Positions 11,827 through 23,150 of a stretch of DNA of 32,054 nucleotides are shown here, piece after piece; within the stretch, counting starts at the first letter, position 1; every line of letters begins with the position of its first letter. Made by a program: the position numbers and the translations under genes. The DNA comes from Fonticula alba ATCC 38817 (lineage: Eukaryota > Protista > Nucleariida), in the NCBI GenBank assembly GCA_000388065.2, contig KB932213.1, one strand, 5' to 3'. The notes beneath the pieces are model-generated. The model was not told the origin of the DNA. It saw only the letters and a list, made by a program, of their open reading frames with translations, and searched no databases.

Positions 11827-14800
11827 GGCGCGGCGGCCGGGCGGCGGGGTGCTCAGAGGCCCGCGGTCCGGCACATGGGGCCCGTCACCGGGGGCGGCGG
11901 CGGCGGCGGGGCGAGCAGCCGGCCAAGTCGGGCACGCGGGAGGCGGCGACACGGGCGGCAGCGCGAACAGCGGCGACAGTGGCCGGCTGGTGGGCGGGNN
12001 NNNNNNNNNNNNNNNNNNNNNNNNNNNNNNNNNNNNNNNNNNNNNNNNNNNNNNNNNNNNNNNNNNNNNNNNNNNNNNNNNNNNNNNNNNNNNNNNNNNN
12101 NNNNNNNNNNNNNNNNNNNNNNNNNNNNNNNNNNNNNNNNNNNNNNNNNNNNNNNNNNNNNGGAGGAAACGAGGAGGGAGGGGGCGACAAACATGCTGCG
12201 GAGACCAGGGGGGGGAGGGGCCTGGGCATTGTGTGTATGTGTGTGCGCGCGCGCGCGCGCGTGAACAATGCGCTGGAGGGCGAGAGTCGGCAGCGGCGGC
12301 GGTCGCGGCGGCGGCCAGATCGTTGAGCCAGGGGTGGGGGCATGGTTTCGGGGACGGGGGGTGGCAACGCATGTGTGAGGGCGAGGGGGCAAGGGAGCGG
12401 GAGATAACGTGGCGGGAAGGGGGGGGAGGGTGGCCCGGGCGCGGGTCAGGATGGCGTGCGGCGTGGGGCCTCTGTGGGCGGCGCCGGGGGGGAGTGCTCA
12501 TGCCCCCTCCCCCCCCCGAGGTCGGCGACCGCACGGGAGGGCGTCGGATCGCCCGGGCGCCGACCGCCCCCCCTCCCCGGCCCGGCCCGGGCCCGGCCCC
12601 GGGGAGAGATCCCATATGGCAGGGCCTGGAGCCGGCAGACGAGCGTGTGTGTGTGCGCGCGTGTGCACGCCTGCGGGGGCGCCCTCGCCGGCTGCGGGCT
12701 CCCCTGGTAGCCGCGCCCGGGCCGGGGACAATGCAACACACGCGCGCACACACATACGCGCGCCTCAATGTGCGGCGGATGTGCGTATGTGATCACACAC
12801 CCCACCCCAAGTCATATATATATACGCCCAAGAGCGCGAACGTATGGCACAAACGTGTACGAGGAGGCCCCGGCCCGCGGGCGTCCCGCCGTGAGGAACA
12901 CGCCAAAAGGCGCGGCCACGGCGGGGAAATAGGATGCGCCGCCCCGCCGCCCCCGGCCGCCCGGCCCAGGCTCGGGGAATTCGCCAGAAGGCGTCCCCCC
13001 CCGGGGGGATGTGTCATGCAGGCGCGGCGCCGGGCTACGCCCGAGCCCGGGCGCGGGGGAAATAATGGAGCCGGCGCCGGAAAAGGGCGGGGGAACCGGC
13101 GTCCCCGCCCCCCGGACAGCCGGGCGCGCATGCGTGCGCGGACAACTGAACAGTAGAGTGGTAGAGCGCCCCCGCCCCCTCGTTGGGAGGTCCCGAAAAA
13201 AGAAAAAAAGGGGGCGCGGGGGACACACACGCGCGTCTCGAACTCAAGAATGCGCCGGGCGCGCGCGAAGCCACGCTGCGTGCTGCTCGGCCCTCGCCCG
13301 GTGCTCCGGCGGGGAGAAGACGCACACGCCCGCCGCGGCCAAGGAGGACGCCCCGGGCACAGGGCACACACCAGCGACCAGGGCGAACAAGCACCCGGGC
13401 GGCGCGCAAGCGAAATGACTGGCGCCCGGCCACCGCCAGTGCGCGCGCACGCACGTCGCTGGGGGAGCAGCACACCCCCGGCACAACGCAGGGGGCAACC
13501 GGCGCAAAAAAAAAACCGCGCCCGGTTGCCGGCCGGGGGCGGGGGCGGGGGCGGGGGGGGGGGGGGAACGACTGCCAGGAAAAAAGCCCGGCGAGCGGGG
13601 AGTGTGCGCACGCGTGAACACACCAACCCTAGGCCCCCGCCGGCCGCCGCCGTCCCCCGTCTCCCCCCCCCCCTTCTGGCTCGAGGGCCAGGGAGGGGGC
13701 AAGGAGCGGAGGGGCGGGGAGCGCCCGCCCCGGCCCCGCAGGAGTAACCCGGTCCCCCGGGCGCGGAGGCCGGTTTCCCCGCCCCCGCCAGCAGGGAAGC
13801 CCGCAGAGAGCATGGAGGAGGCCGGTGCCCGGAGCGGGGATGTTCGAGAAGGCGCCGCCCGGGCCCCTGCAGCCTACCCTGCCCCACGAGCGCCGGCGCT
13901 GCATCCGAAGGGGGGGGGGAGAAGGGGCGGGCAACAATAACAACATTGCCTGCCACCCACGGCCGCCGCACCTTCCTGTGGGGAGTCGGCACCCCGCCCC
14001 CCCCCCGGGGGGGGGGGGGGGGACGCAGATTGACCTGGGGCTTCTCTCTCGCGTCCCCGGATGCGAGAAAGGGCAAGGCGCGGGCGGGCGCGCGTGAACC
14101 GCGCACCCCCCCCCCCCCACACCTTCCTCCGGCGAGCCAGCGGAAGAGGGGCAGAGTCCGCCGGAGTCTCGGCCGGGGGCGGCACAGGCGCGCGCGCGCG
14201 CGCGCGCGCGCCGAGGCACCGCGGGCGGCCGACACAAAGGGCGACGGGGTGGATGCCACATGATACGGGCCGTCGGCGCGCCTTCACGTGCGCCGGGACC
14301 CTTCCGTTGGCATATTGGGTCATCTCGGGACGGGGCCCGATGCATCGGGAGGGGGGGGGGGGGCACGCATCCTGGCACCTCCGGCTGCCTCCTGTCCGGC
14401 CGCCCCTCAGCAAAAAGGGATCCCCCAAGCAAGGGGCGAGGGCGGCCGGTGGCGGACCCGGCCGGGCGCAGGATCAGGCACCCTGGCGCATGGCGCTCCG
14501 GCGGGCGCAAGGGGCGCGGCGCCGGCGCAGATGGTCGAGGAGGGCCAGCAAGACGACCGACGTCGAGGCCTCGACCCGTCGCTTGGGGGATACGGAGCGC
14601 AGGGCAGCTGTCCATGACAGGGGGAGGGGGGGGGGAGATCCGACATGGCGGCCGATCCGGCGAAGGGGGAGCAGCAGCCGGTCGGGCGACGCCGCGCGAA
14701 AGGGCGACAAGCGCGCCCGGGCTGGCCCCGACCCGGGGAGCGCACCCAGAAGAAGGAACGGCCACATGGCAGAGTGATCCGGCGGGGCCAAGTGTGGACA

Positions 14801-15120
14801 CGCCCGCGGGTGCATCCAGCGCGCTGGCGGTGCGTGCCTCGCGCAGCTCGAGGCCCATGAGCACAGGCGTGCATGCATGTGCACACGCGGCATACAATGC
14901 ACATCGGCATGGGGGGACGCAGGATGTGCGCGCCGAGCCACGGCATGCGCGGCCATGGTCTGCGAAAAACCCGTGTAACACATGTGCGCAGCGTATGTGG
15001 CTGACAATGCGCTCCCCATGCCAGACACGCCGGGAAAGGGCGCGATGGAGACGGAGGGGAGTGGCGCGCGGGGAGGATGCTTGGATGTGGGAAGCGGGGA
15101 GAAGCAATCGGACACGCGCG

Positions 15121-15238
15121 CACACAAACACGCACAAGTACGCACAAACACGCACAAACACGCACAAACACGCACAAACATGCAGAAACACACAAACACA
15201 CAAACACGCAGAAACACAAACACAAACACAAACACACC
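15121..15238. repeat. (CGCACAAACA)n 10-bp minisatellite decaying into an (AAACAC)-type repeat
   Basis: About six near-perfect 10-bp units at 15121-15180, then degenerate units. Confidence 0.85.
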
Positions 15239-16839
15239 AGTAGATGGCAGCACTAAAAAAAGACACTCATGGAAATGGGCACACCCAGCAGGGGAGGGAT
15301 CGGATGTGCCTGCAGGTCGACAGAGCACAACCAGAGAGGGAGAGAGAGAGAGAGGGAGAGAGGGCGCGGCGAGACGTACCGCGAGATGTCATGACGGCCG
15401 AGGCGATCGGGGCCATTGACGCCGGAGGCCCGGGCAGCAGGGCGAGCAAGTGCCGGGCAGGCAACAGGCGGAGGCATGCACGCACAACGCACCCGCGACG
15501 ATGGGGACGGCCATCTGAACGGAGAACAACACAACGACCGCTGGCCACGAGCACAGCGGCTCCCAGCGGCAGGGGGAGGGGACGAGCACAAGGGCGAGGC
15601 GAGACATGACCGCGCTGGCCCTGGATGATGCAGCGGGTCGCTGAAAAAGGGCACCACCCGGGCCGGCCGGTGATGCCGGGGGGTGCCGGCACGCCAGGTC
15701 CACCCACCCACCGGCTCACCTTCCAGCTCGATGTCTCCCCGCCCCCCCCCCCCCCCCCCCCCTGGGCAGCGGGCGGATGTCACCACGCCCGTGCGTGTGA
15801 CCGCGGCGGTACGTTGCCGCCAGGCGCCCGGGGGCGGCGGCTGCCCCCCCACCCCCCCCCCACCCACCCGCGCACCACCGGCAGGGGGTGGCACCTCTCC
15901 GGGAGAGATCCTCACGCCCGCGGTCCTCGGCGCTCCGTGCCCCCCCCCCCCCGGCAGGCAGGCGGCCCGAGATCGAGAGTGATCGGCCGCGAGCGTTGGC
16001 ATCAGGCTGCGGCATATAAACTCGCGGGTATTTAATCGATGTATTAATTGGGATGGCCTCGGTGCACGCGCGCACGCACACGGGCACAAACACATACAGA
16101 CCCCACGGGGTGAGGACGCACACAGAGCACGACAACGGCGTCCGGCCTGACAAGGCCTCCCTCGCGCCCTCCCGCGGCGAAGAGCCACAGCGACGTACTG
16201 TCGGGAGGCCTGCGGCGCGGGAGGAACTGCCCTCCCCCGCACTGTTCAGGTCCAGGAAGCCCTCCCGCTCCTTGGCCGCCCGCACTGTCTCTCCGGCCCG
16301 GGCGGGGAATCCCGGCCGGAGCCCCACACGTCCCCGGTCCTCGCCCCCCGCCCCTGCCCTGGCGCACGGGCGCGGGCATGCACACAGGGCGCCCTGGCGC
16401 GGAGAGACGGAGCCGCGCGGCTTGCCGGGGAAGCGGACGCGCACCCGTGTCAGCGCAAAAAAAAAAAAAAAAAGGCACGAGGGGAACAGCAAGGGACAGA
16501 GAGTGGGGGAGAGGGGACAACGGCCGCATAGCTGGCCACCCCCCCCCCCCTGGGAGTGGGCGTGCTTCGGGACGCCGAAGGAGAAGACCCCTCCGCGGGA
16601 GGAGGCATGCCCATGCAGAGGGCCGCGCAGGTGCCCCCCCCCGGGCCGGTACCGTCACACGCCGCACCTTCGCTCTCGCCCAACCACCTGTGTGCACGCT
16701 CCCCCTTTCGCCGGGCCCCGGGGGCCTGCCCCGGCACATGCTCTAGCGCAGGCAAACAGAAAGGAAGGACGGAGGGGGAGAGGAGGGAGAGACACCGCGC
16801 ATGGGGGAACAGATCATGACACACGAGCGCCCCGCCCTG

Positions 16840-16875
<36 letters not shown>

Positions 16876-17144
16876 ACACCAACATCACCTCCCCTCCTGG
16901 AGCCCAAAAGAGAGAGCAATGGAGAGACCGGGGTGGGGGGAGGGGGCAAGTCGCGCGGACGTGGGGGGGGGGGGAAAGCAGGCCCTCGCCTGTACAAAGA
17001 AAGACAAACAAAGGGAGGGGGTTGTGTATGTGCCAGAGAGAGGAACACCCACGAGAGACAGGTCGTCCCCGGGGGGGGGGGGGAAAGAGACAGGGGGGCG
17101 CGCTGCAGGGGGGGGGAAGGGAGGGGCGCATGCCGCCAGGTCGC

Positions 17145-18467
17145 TTAGAGCTTGTTGAAGGCAACAATGTCGACGGACTGGACGTGGTCCTCGATGTTGA
17201 GGAGCTGATCCTCGAGGAAGTCGGTACCGACCTTGTCGTCCTCGACGGTGACCATAATCTGAAGCTTCTTGACACCGAAGGCAACGGGGATGAGCTGGGC
17301 TGTGGGCCGGGGAGGGGGGGGAGCGCGCGCCGGAAATGGGACATTCACGCGGAAGGGAGGGAGATTTCGTCAGAACACGCACGCCCGGCTATGGCGGAGA
17401 GGAGAGAAGAAGAGGGGAGGGAGGGGGAAGGGCGGGACACGACGACGCGCGCCGGACGCCGGCGACGAGAGGGAGACCCCCCTCTGGCGATGAGAGAGCA
17501 AGAGAAGGGCGGGGAAAGAAGGAGAGGCGCGCGCGGGGGGGGGCGGCCGGGCCACCACACGCACCAGCACCCCAGACGAGGCCGTCGGTCTGGATCTCGC
17601 GGACGAGCTTCTCGAGCTCAACCATGTCGGTGGTGTCGTCGTAGGGCTTGACGTCGAGGACGATGGTGGACTTCTGGACGACGGCGGGCTTGGCGGCCTT
17701 CTTGGCGCGGTAGGCGGCCAGGCGCTCGGAGCGCAGGCGGGCGGCCTCGGCGTCCTCCTCCTCGTCGGAACCGAACAGGTCGAAGTCGTCCTCCTCAGCC
17801 TCCTCGGCCTCCTCAGAAGCGAGGTAGTCGTCCTTCTCAGCGGCGGGGAGGGCCTCGTGGTTGAGGGCCTTGATGTGGTTGTACCAGCGCAGAGCGTAGG
17901 TGTTGTGGGCCTCAGGGGCGTCGGCGTAGGCCTTGAAGACCTGGACGTCGGCCTGAGTGGCGACGAAGCTGCGTGACGGGCAGATGACGCGCGCGGACGG
18001 AGGGGCGAGGGGCCGTTAGTGGGGGGGGCGGGAGAGCGAGAGCCCAAGGTGCAGGGGAAGAGGAGGGGGGAGGTGGCGCGCGGTGGCGGCATGGCCGCCT
18101 TCGGAGGGGAGGAGGGGGAAATGCGCGCGCGAGAAGGACAGGGGGAGCGAGCGCGTGCGGGCGAGAGACGCGCAAGCGGGCGCGCGTCGGCCGCCCCCCC
18201 CCCCGGTAAGCTGGGCGCAGCAAGGGGGAAGGGATAGGGGAGGAGGAGACAGCCGGAGAGCGGGCTCCTTCCCGCACGCGCGCCACAGCGCCAGAGCCAG
18301 GCGAATGCAATGCAACAGCAAAAGACAGCAAGCGCGCGAGCGAGTAGTAAAAGGAGGGGGGGGGGGGAAAGCGCGCGCGCGCGCGGCGCGGCAACAACGC
18401 ACCCCTCAATGTAGGACTTGTCAGCAAGGTGCTTGTTGAGGTTAGCGACGACACCGAGGTTGGCCAT
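17145..18467 (-). CDS. EEF1B: Translation elongation factor 1-beta (eEF1B-alpha), 207 aa, 3 exons
   Basis: Exons 18467-18403, 17968-17565, 17299-17145 = 624 nt. Contains [20 protein letters not shown], acidic [48 protein letters not shown] and [12 protein letters not shown]. Codon usage (GCT/GGT/AAG/GAG) looks like that of a highly expressed gene. Confidence 0.96.
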
Positions 18468-20332
18468 TTTGGTGTTGGAGAAAAGGGGGATTTCCGGCTG
18501 AGACAGAGAAAGACACAATCCAGAAGGGGGGCCGGCCCCTCCGACCGGGGAGGGGCCAGGCCGGTGGCTTATTTACGCACTGACGCCCACTGCGCACACG
18601 CACACACGCGGGCGCGCCGCGCGCACGCACAGCGGACCCGAGCTGAGGGCCCGAGTCCCCCCCCCCCCCCCCGGCGCCCGCCCAATGTGTCGCCTGTGTG
18701 TCCCCACTGTGCCTGGGGACGAGCTGGCTGGCAAGGGCCCGACAGGCAGCACGCGCGCGCGTGCAGCTGCCTTCCAGCGGGGCGGGGGGCGCCGCCCCAC
18801 ACACAGGCGGGGACTTTCGAGAAGCAGGCGCCCGGCGGGGGGGGGGGGGGGGGGGGGGGGGGGCAGGGCGGGGCACCCCACCCGCGCGGGGGCTGTCGTC
18901 GACCGGCGAGCCGGAGGGGGGGGCCCAGGAGAATGCATGGCTCCCGTTCCCCCGCGCCCCGCGCCCGGTCCGGCCTGGCCCCGTCCCTTCCCCGACGCCG
19001 GGGACGCTCAAGTGCACGCGCGCGCGCGCGCTACCCGGGGCAAGCGACGCCGGGCCCGGGACGGCCGGCGCCCCGGGCCGAGGCCCAGGACCGCCGCCTC
19101 GGGGGGCGGGGCGGGGGGCGCCCACGCGCACGCAGATGACCCCCTCGCCCGGACGCACAGCCGGGCGTCGTCCGCCCGCCGCCTCCCGCGGCGGCCCCGG
19201 AGCCGGCTGGCGCCCTTTAGAAGGCGGGGGGAGGGGGGGGGGCGTCCCGCGCAGGTGGGCGCAAGGGAAAAGCCGGGCATGCCCTTGGACACACACACAC
19301 ACGCACCGGAGGGGGAGGGGGGAACATGTACACACGCGTGCACGCGTGCAAGCCCGGTTCCCCGGCCCACCGCGGCGGAGAACGAGCCGCAAACACGGAC
19401 ACACACACACACACACACCCCGGCCGGGCCCAGCGCACCCACCCTCTCCGCCCCGCCCTCGAGAGGGAAGATGTGCCAACCGAGGGGCAGCCCCGGCCGT
19501 GGCCCCAACCCGCTGGGGCGCGCGCCGTTCCTCCCCCGCCCCCCGGTCGAGCAGGGGAGGAGATCCGGCGCCCGGGAATATGGGCACCGCGTCAGGGGGG
19601 GGAACTTTCCAGACCAGGGAGCCGGCCGGCAGGCCCCCGCCCGGTATATACGACGGGCACGCCTGTTCCCTCGCGCACCCCTAGACGCGCGGGCCATTGA
19701 GGAGGGCCCGGGGCCCGGGGCCCGGGGGGGGGGGGGGGGGGGGGACGGACAGGGGGCAGAACCCTCGGCCGTGGCGAATAAGGCTGGATTTATATTCCCC
19801 CAGTGTCGTCCGCCGCCCGCGCCTCAAGCCTCGGTGGGCCGCGGCTTTCGCTCCATCCCCCACCCCCCGCCCCTGTCCCCCGCCACGTCCTCGGGGACGC
19901 GCCGACAACTGCGCGGACATCCCCCCCCGCCGCCCCCGCGGCCGGGGGACGTATGTTCGTCTGTCCCCCCCGCCCCCACCGGCGTCCCCGCCAGCGTCCC
20001 CGGCCGCCCGCCCGGGAACCAACAAACGCAAGAGCGCCAGCGCCAGAGGGGGGGGCGAGGACGGCCCCGCTCCGCATGGGGCTCCCGGCCCCGCGGGGCG
20101 TCCGCCTCCCGGCCCCAGTCCGGGTTATTACCCCGGCGCGCGCCGCGCGCGGTCCCCACGGTTAGGACCGACCCGCGCGCCTCGGCCAGCCGGCCCGGGG
20201 TCGCGGGTTTAACACCCCCGGTGCCACTTTCGTGGGCCACACCGTTCGAGACCCGCGAAGGCGGGGGATCACCCGCGCGCGGGGCCTGGTCGCGTGCTCT
20301 TTCTCTATTCCGGACAGGCGCCCAAGGGCGCA

Positions 20333-21457
20333 TCACATGAACTCCATGTCGAAGTCGTAGTCCGGCAGATCCGGCTCATCGTCAAACAGCCCGTCGAGGC
20401 CCGCCTGCTCCAGGTCGAAGTCCGAGGGGTACTGCTCGGCCCCCGGGCCGCCGCCGCCGCCGTTCGGGAGAGCGCCGTCGGGAGCCAGCACGCGCGCCGG
20501 CTCGCCCCGGCTCCCGGGGGCGGCAGCCCGCCCGGCCGGCGAATCCTCCACCAACCCGGCCAGGTAGTCCGACGCGAAGACCCGCGGATCGCCCGGGTCC
20601 GTCAGCCGCAGCGACATGAGCGACGCCGCGCGGCGCCGGTTCAGGTCCACCTGCTGCTGGAGGCTCAGCGGGGCGGCGGCGGCGGCAGACCCGGCGCCAT
20701 CGCCGTCGCCGCCGGCGTCGGCCCCCGCCACCCGGGGCGATGGCCCATTCAGGGCCGCCTCCCATTCGGCCAGCTCCTGGTCATACTCGAACCCGGCGTG
20801 CGGGCCACCATCGGCGGCCGGGGCCGGGGCCGGGGCCGGGGCCGGGGTGCCGGCCGCCCGGCGGTCCGCCTCCGCCAGCCCCGGCGCCGGGCCCAGCCCC
20901 GCCGTCCGGGGGTCCAGCCGCCAGGCATAGATCATGGCCTGGCCGGCGGAGTCGGCGCCGAGGCGCGCGCAGTCCCGCGCAAAGTCCCGCAGCGTCCGCC
21001 GCCGGCCGGCCGCCGCATGCACCCACAGCGAGTACACCTTCAGCAGGCGCGACAGATCCCGCCGGACGGCCGTTCGGGAGACCCGGCGCTTGCCGCCGGC
21101 CGGGTCGCCACTCGGTGCCAGGCCCAGGTGCGGCCCGGGAATCGGCGCCCGGCGGATGCGCGGCAGGGGGTACTCCCCGTCGGCCGACTCGGCAGCCGGC
21201 TCGTGCTCCGGCTCGTGCTCCGGGTCCGACTCCGAGCCGGCCTCAAGGCCGGGCTCCGGCGGGAACCGGTGCAGCAGCATCTCCCGCAGCAGGCCCACGC
21301 CATTCGGCCCGGTCAGCAGCTGCGTGTCCACCTTGAAGAGGGTGCGCTTCTTTTTGGTGTCGGCATCCGCCCCATTGGCCGGGGCCGACGCCTCGCCCGA
21401 CACGTCGGCATACGTCAGCCCGTCGGGGCCCACCTCGGCCGGCTGCGCCAGGGCCAT
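20333..21457 (-). CDS. TIPIN: Tipin/Swi3/Csm3 replication-fork protection complex subunit, 374 aa, intronless
   Basis: KKKRTLFKVDTQLLTGPNGVGLLREM...DLSRLLKVYSLWVH...TLRDFARDCARLG fits the Swi3 domain (KLD..RL.S..G...LR; DL..LL..YQ.WAH; F.DF....EKLG). The C-terminal part has an RPA32-binding-like motif QQQVDLNRRRAA. Confidence 0.78.
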   Translation of the reverse strand: MALAQPAEVGPDGLTYADVSGEASAPANGADADTKKKRTLFKVDTQLLTGPNGVGLLREMLLHRFPPEPGLEAGSESDPEHEPEHEPAAESADGEYPLPRIRRAPIPGPHLGLAPSGDPAGGKRRVSRTAVRRDLSRLLKVYSLWVHAAAGRRRTLRDFARDCARLGADSAGQAMIYAWRLDPRTAGLGPAPGLAEADRRAAGTPAPAPAPAPAADGGPHAGFEYDQELAEWEAALNGPSPRVAGADAGGDGDGAGSAAAAAPLSLQQQVDLNRRRAASLMSLRLTDPGDPRVFASDYLAGLVEDSPAGRAAAPGSRGEPARVLAPDGALPNGGGGGPGAEQYPSDFDLEQAGLDGLFDDEPDLPDYDFDMEFM

Positions 21458-22596
21458 ATATGTGTATGTGTGTGTGTGTGTGTGTGTGTAAGTGTGTGTG
21501 CGGAGGCGTTTTCAGCGGCAGACCCCCGGTCCGCTCCTGGCGGTCAGCGGGGGCGAGTGTGTCCGCGCCTGCCCTCCCCCGGGGGGTGTGGCATCGTAGG
21601 CTGGCAGCATGGAGAGCAGGGGAGCGACGCACGCGGGTGGTGGCCGCAGGAGGCTGCGACTCCCCGGGCCCGGCCGGGGCGTCCGGCCCGGCGCGGTGAA
21701 GCTCCGGGAAGTGCTCGCGCAGGAAGGCGCTCATACTCCGTGGCGTGTAGTTGTCTTTCCCCCCTCTAGCCTTGTGCTACGGGCGGCGGCTTATGCCGTG
21801 TGTATGTGTGTGTGTGTGTGTGTGCGTGTGCGTGTGTGTGCGCGCGCTGTCGGCGGGCGGCAGCGGAGAAGGTGCGAAGAGGAGGCGACGCGAGGGTGTT
21901 GGGCAGGGGGGTAGGGGAGGGGGATAGAAACACATCCGGGGCGCCAGGCATGCCGCCACGACCGCTGAAATGGAGCCCCATCCTCGCCCCCCGCACGCGC
22001 CGCTCAGGAGGATCTGGCTCACACGCGACCGGCCGCCACACGATCGTGGGCGTGTCCGCCTGTATGTGCCATCTCCGGCCCCCGCGCCGGCCCCGGCCAG
22101 GATGCACGGCCCCGGCGCCGGACGGTTTTTGAATTCCCGCCAGCCCGGCGGCCGGCCGTTATCAGCGTTGGCACCTGGCCACCCGCCAGGCTGCGTCCTG
22201 TTTTTTGTCCCTTCCTCCCCCCGTGTTCGCACGCGCATCCCTCCCCTCTCTTTCTCTCTCTCTCTCTCGGGGGACACGGCCGCAGGTTGGGAGGCCCCTG
22301 CCGCCGGGACCGAGCGGCGGCCGGCGTTCATTGATTTTGGCCCCCGGAGGGGCCGATCGGTGCATTGTGGGCATTCCCACCTCCCTCCTCCCCATCTCCC
22401 TCCCGGCGGACATTCTTCCAGCTCGCCCCCCGCCCCTGCCAGCCTCCTTTTTTGTTCCCTCCTGCCTTTCCTTCCAGCCCNNNNNNNNNNNNNNNNNNNN
22501 NNNNNNNNNNNNNNNNNNNNNNNNNNNNNNNNNNNNNNNNNNNNNNNNNNNNNNNNNNNNNNNNNNNNNNCCCCGGCCCCCCCTCTGCTTAAGATC

Positions 22597-23113
22597 ATGG
22601 AGTCGCCCGGGCGCCAGGCCGCCGAGGCGGAGGTCGGCCCCGCCGAGGTCCTCCAGCTTCGCGCCCAGATCCTGGCCTTCCGGTACCTGGACAGCGACTT
22701 GCCCGTGCCGGCGGAGGTCCTGGCCGCGGCGCTCGGGCCGCCTGACACCCGGGCCGCCTGCGCGCACGAACAGGCGGAAGAGCAGGAGGACCCGCTGCTG
22801 GACCCGCTGCTGGTGGCGCTGCGCTCGCCGCTGGCCAGCGGGGACATCGCCGCGCAGCTGGACTTCCGGGCAGCCTTCCTCCGGTCCCGGGCTCAGGAGC
22901 GCCTGGCCCTGCTCGGGGATCTGACCGCGTCGGACCTCGGAACCGGGCACCTGGGCGAGGGGGGCTCGCTCAAGGTCCAGGCCATGTCCGAGCTGCGGGC
23001 CCTGCGCCTGGTGGACCTCCAGCGTGAGGTACGTGCCTCTCGGTCCTCCTCGCGCCGTTCTCCGGACCCTCCGACCATCGGGTCGCGTGGGAAGCCCCCG
23101 CCCCGACTTACAT

Positions 23114-23150
<37 letters not shown>

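Noticed and set aside
6265-12768. 2167-aa ORF from the ORF track taken as a single protein
   Set aside because: It reads through a 163-N gap whose size is only an estimate; sequence above the gap looks like UTR or intron (CA/GC microsatellites, a CTGAC and acceptor). Only the part below 11998 is supported.
15490-15515. MAVPIVAG peptide resembling the subtilase GTSMAxPxVAG active site
   Set aside because: The preceding GTS is absent, no Asp or His catalytic motifs are found nearby and the frame stops shortly after.
15622-15645. GATGATG...CTGA resembling a box C/D pair
   Set aside because: Box C is imperfect and only about 11 nt separate the boxes, too short for a snoRNA.
17300-18402. Intronic snoRNA in EEF1B introns (as in yeast EFB1 and vertebrate EEF1B2)
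   Set aside because: No box C (RTGATGA)/box D (CTGA) pair with a terminal stem is visible; an H/ACA RNA cannot be excluded by eye.
20225-20262. tRNA-like or ribozyme-like motif (GTTCGAGAC B-box; TTAACAC; CACGAAAGTG)
   Set aside because: No cloverleaf or T-stem pairing, no hammerhead CTGANGA core and no twister pseudoknot partners.
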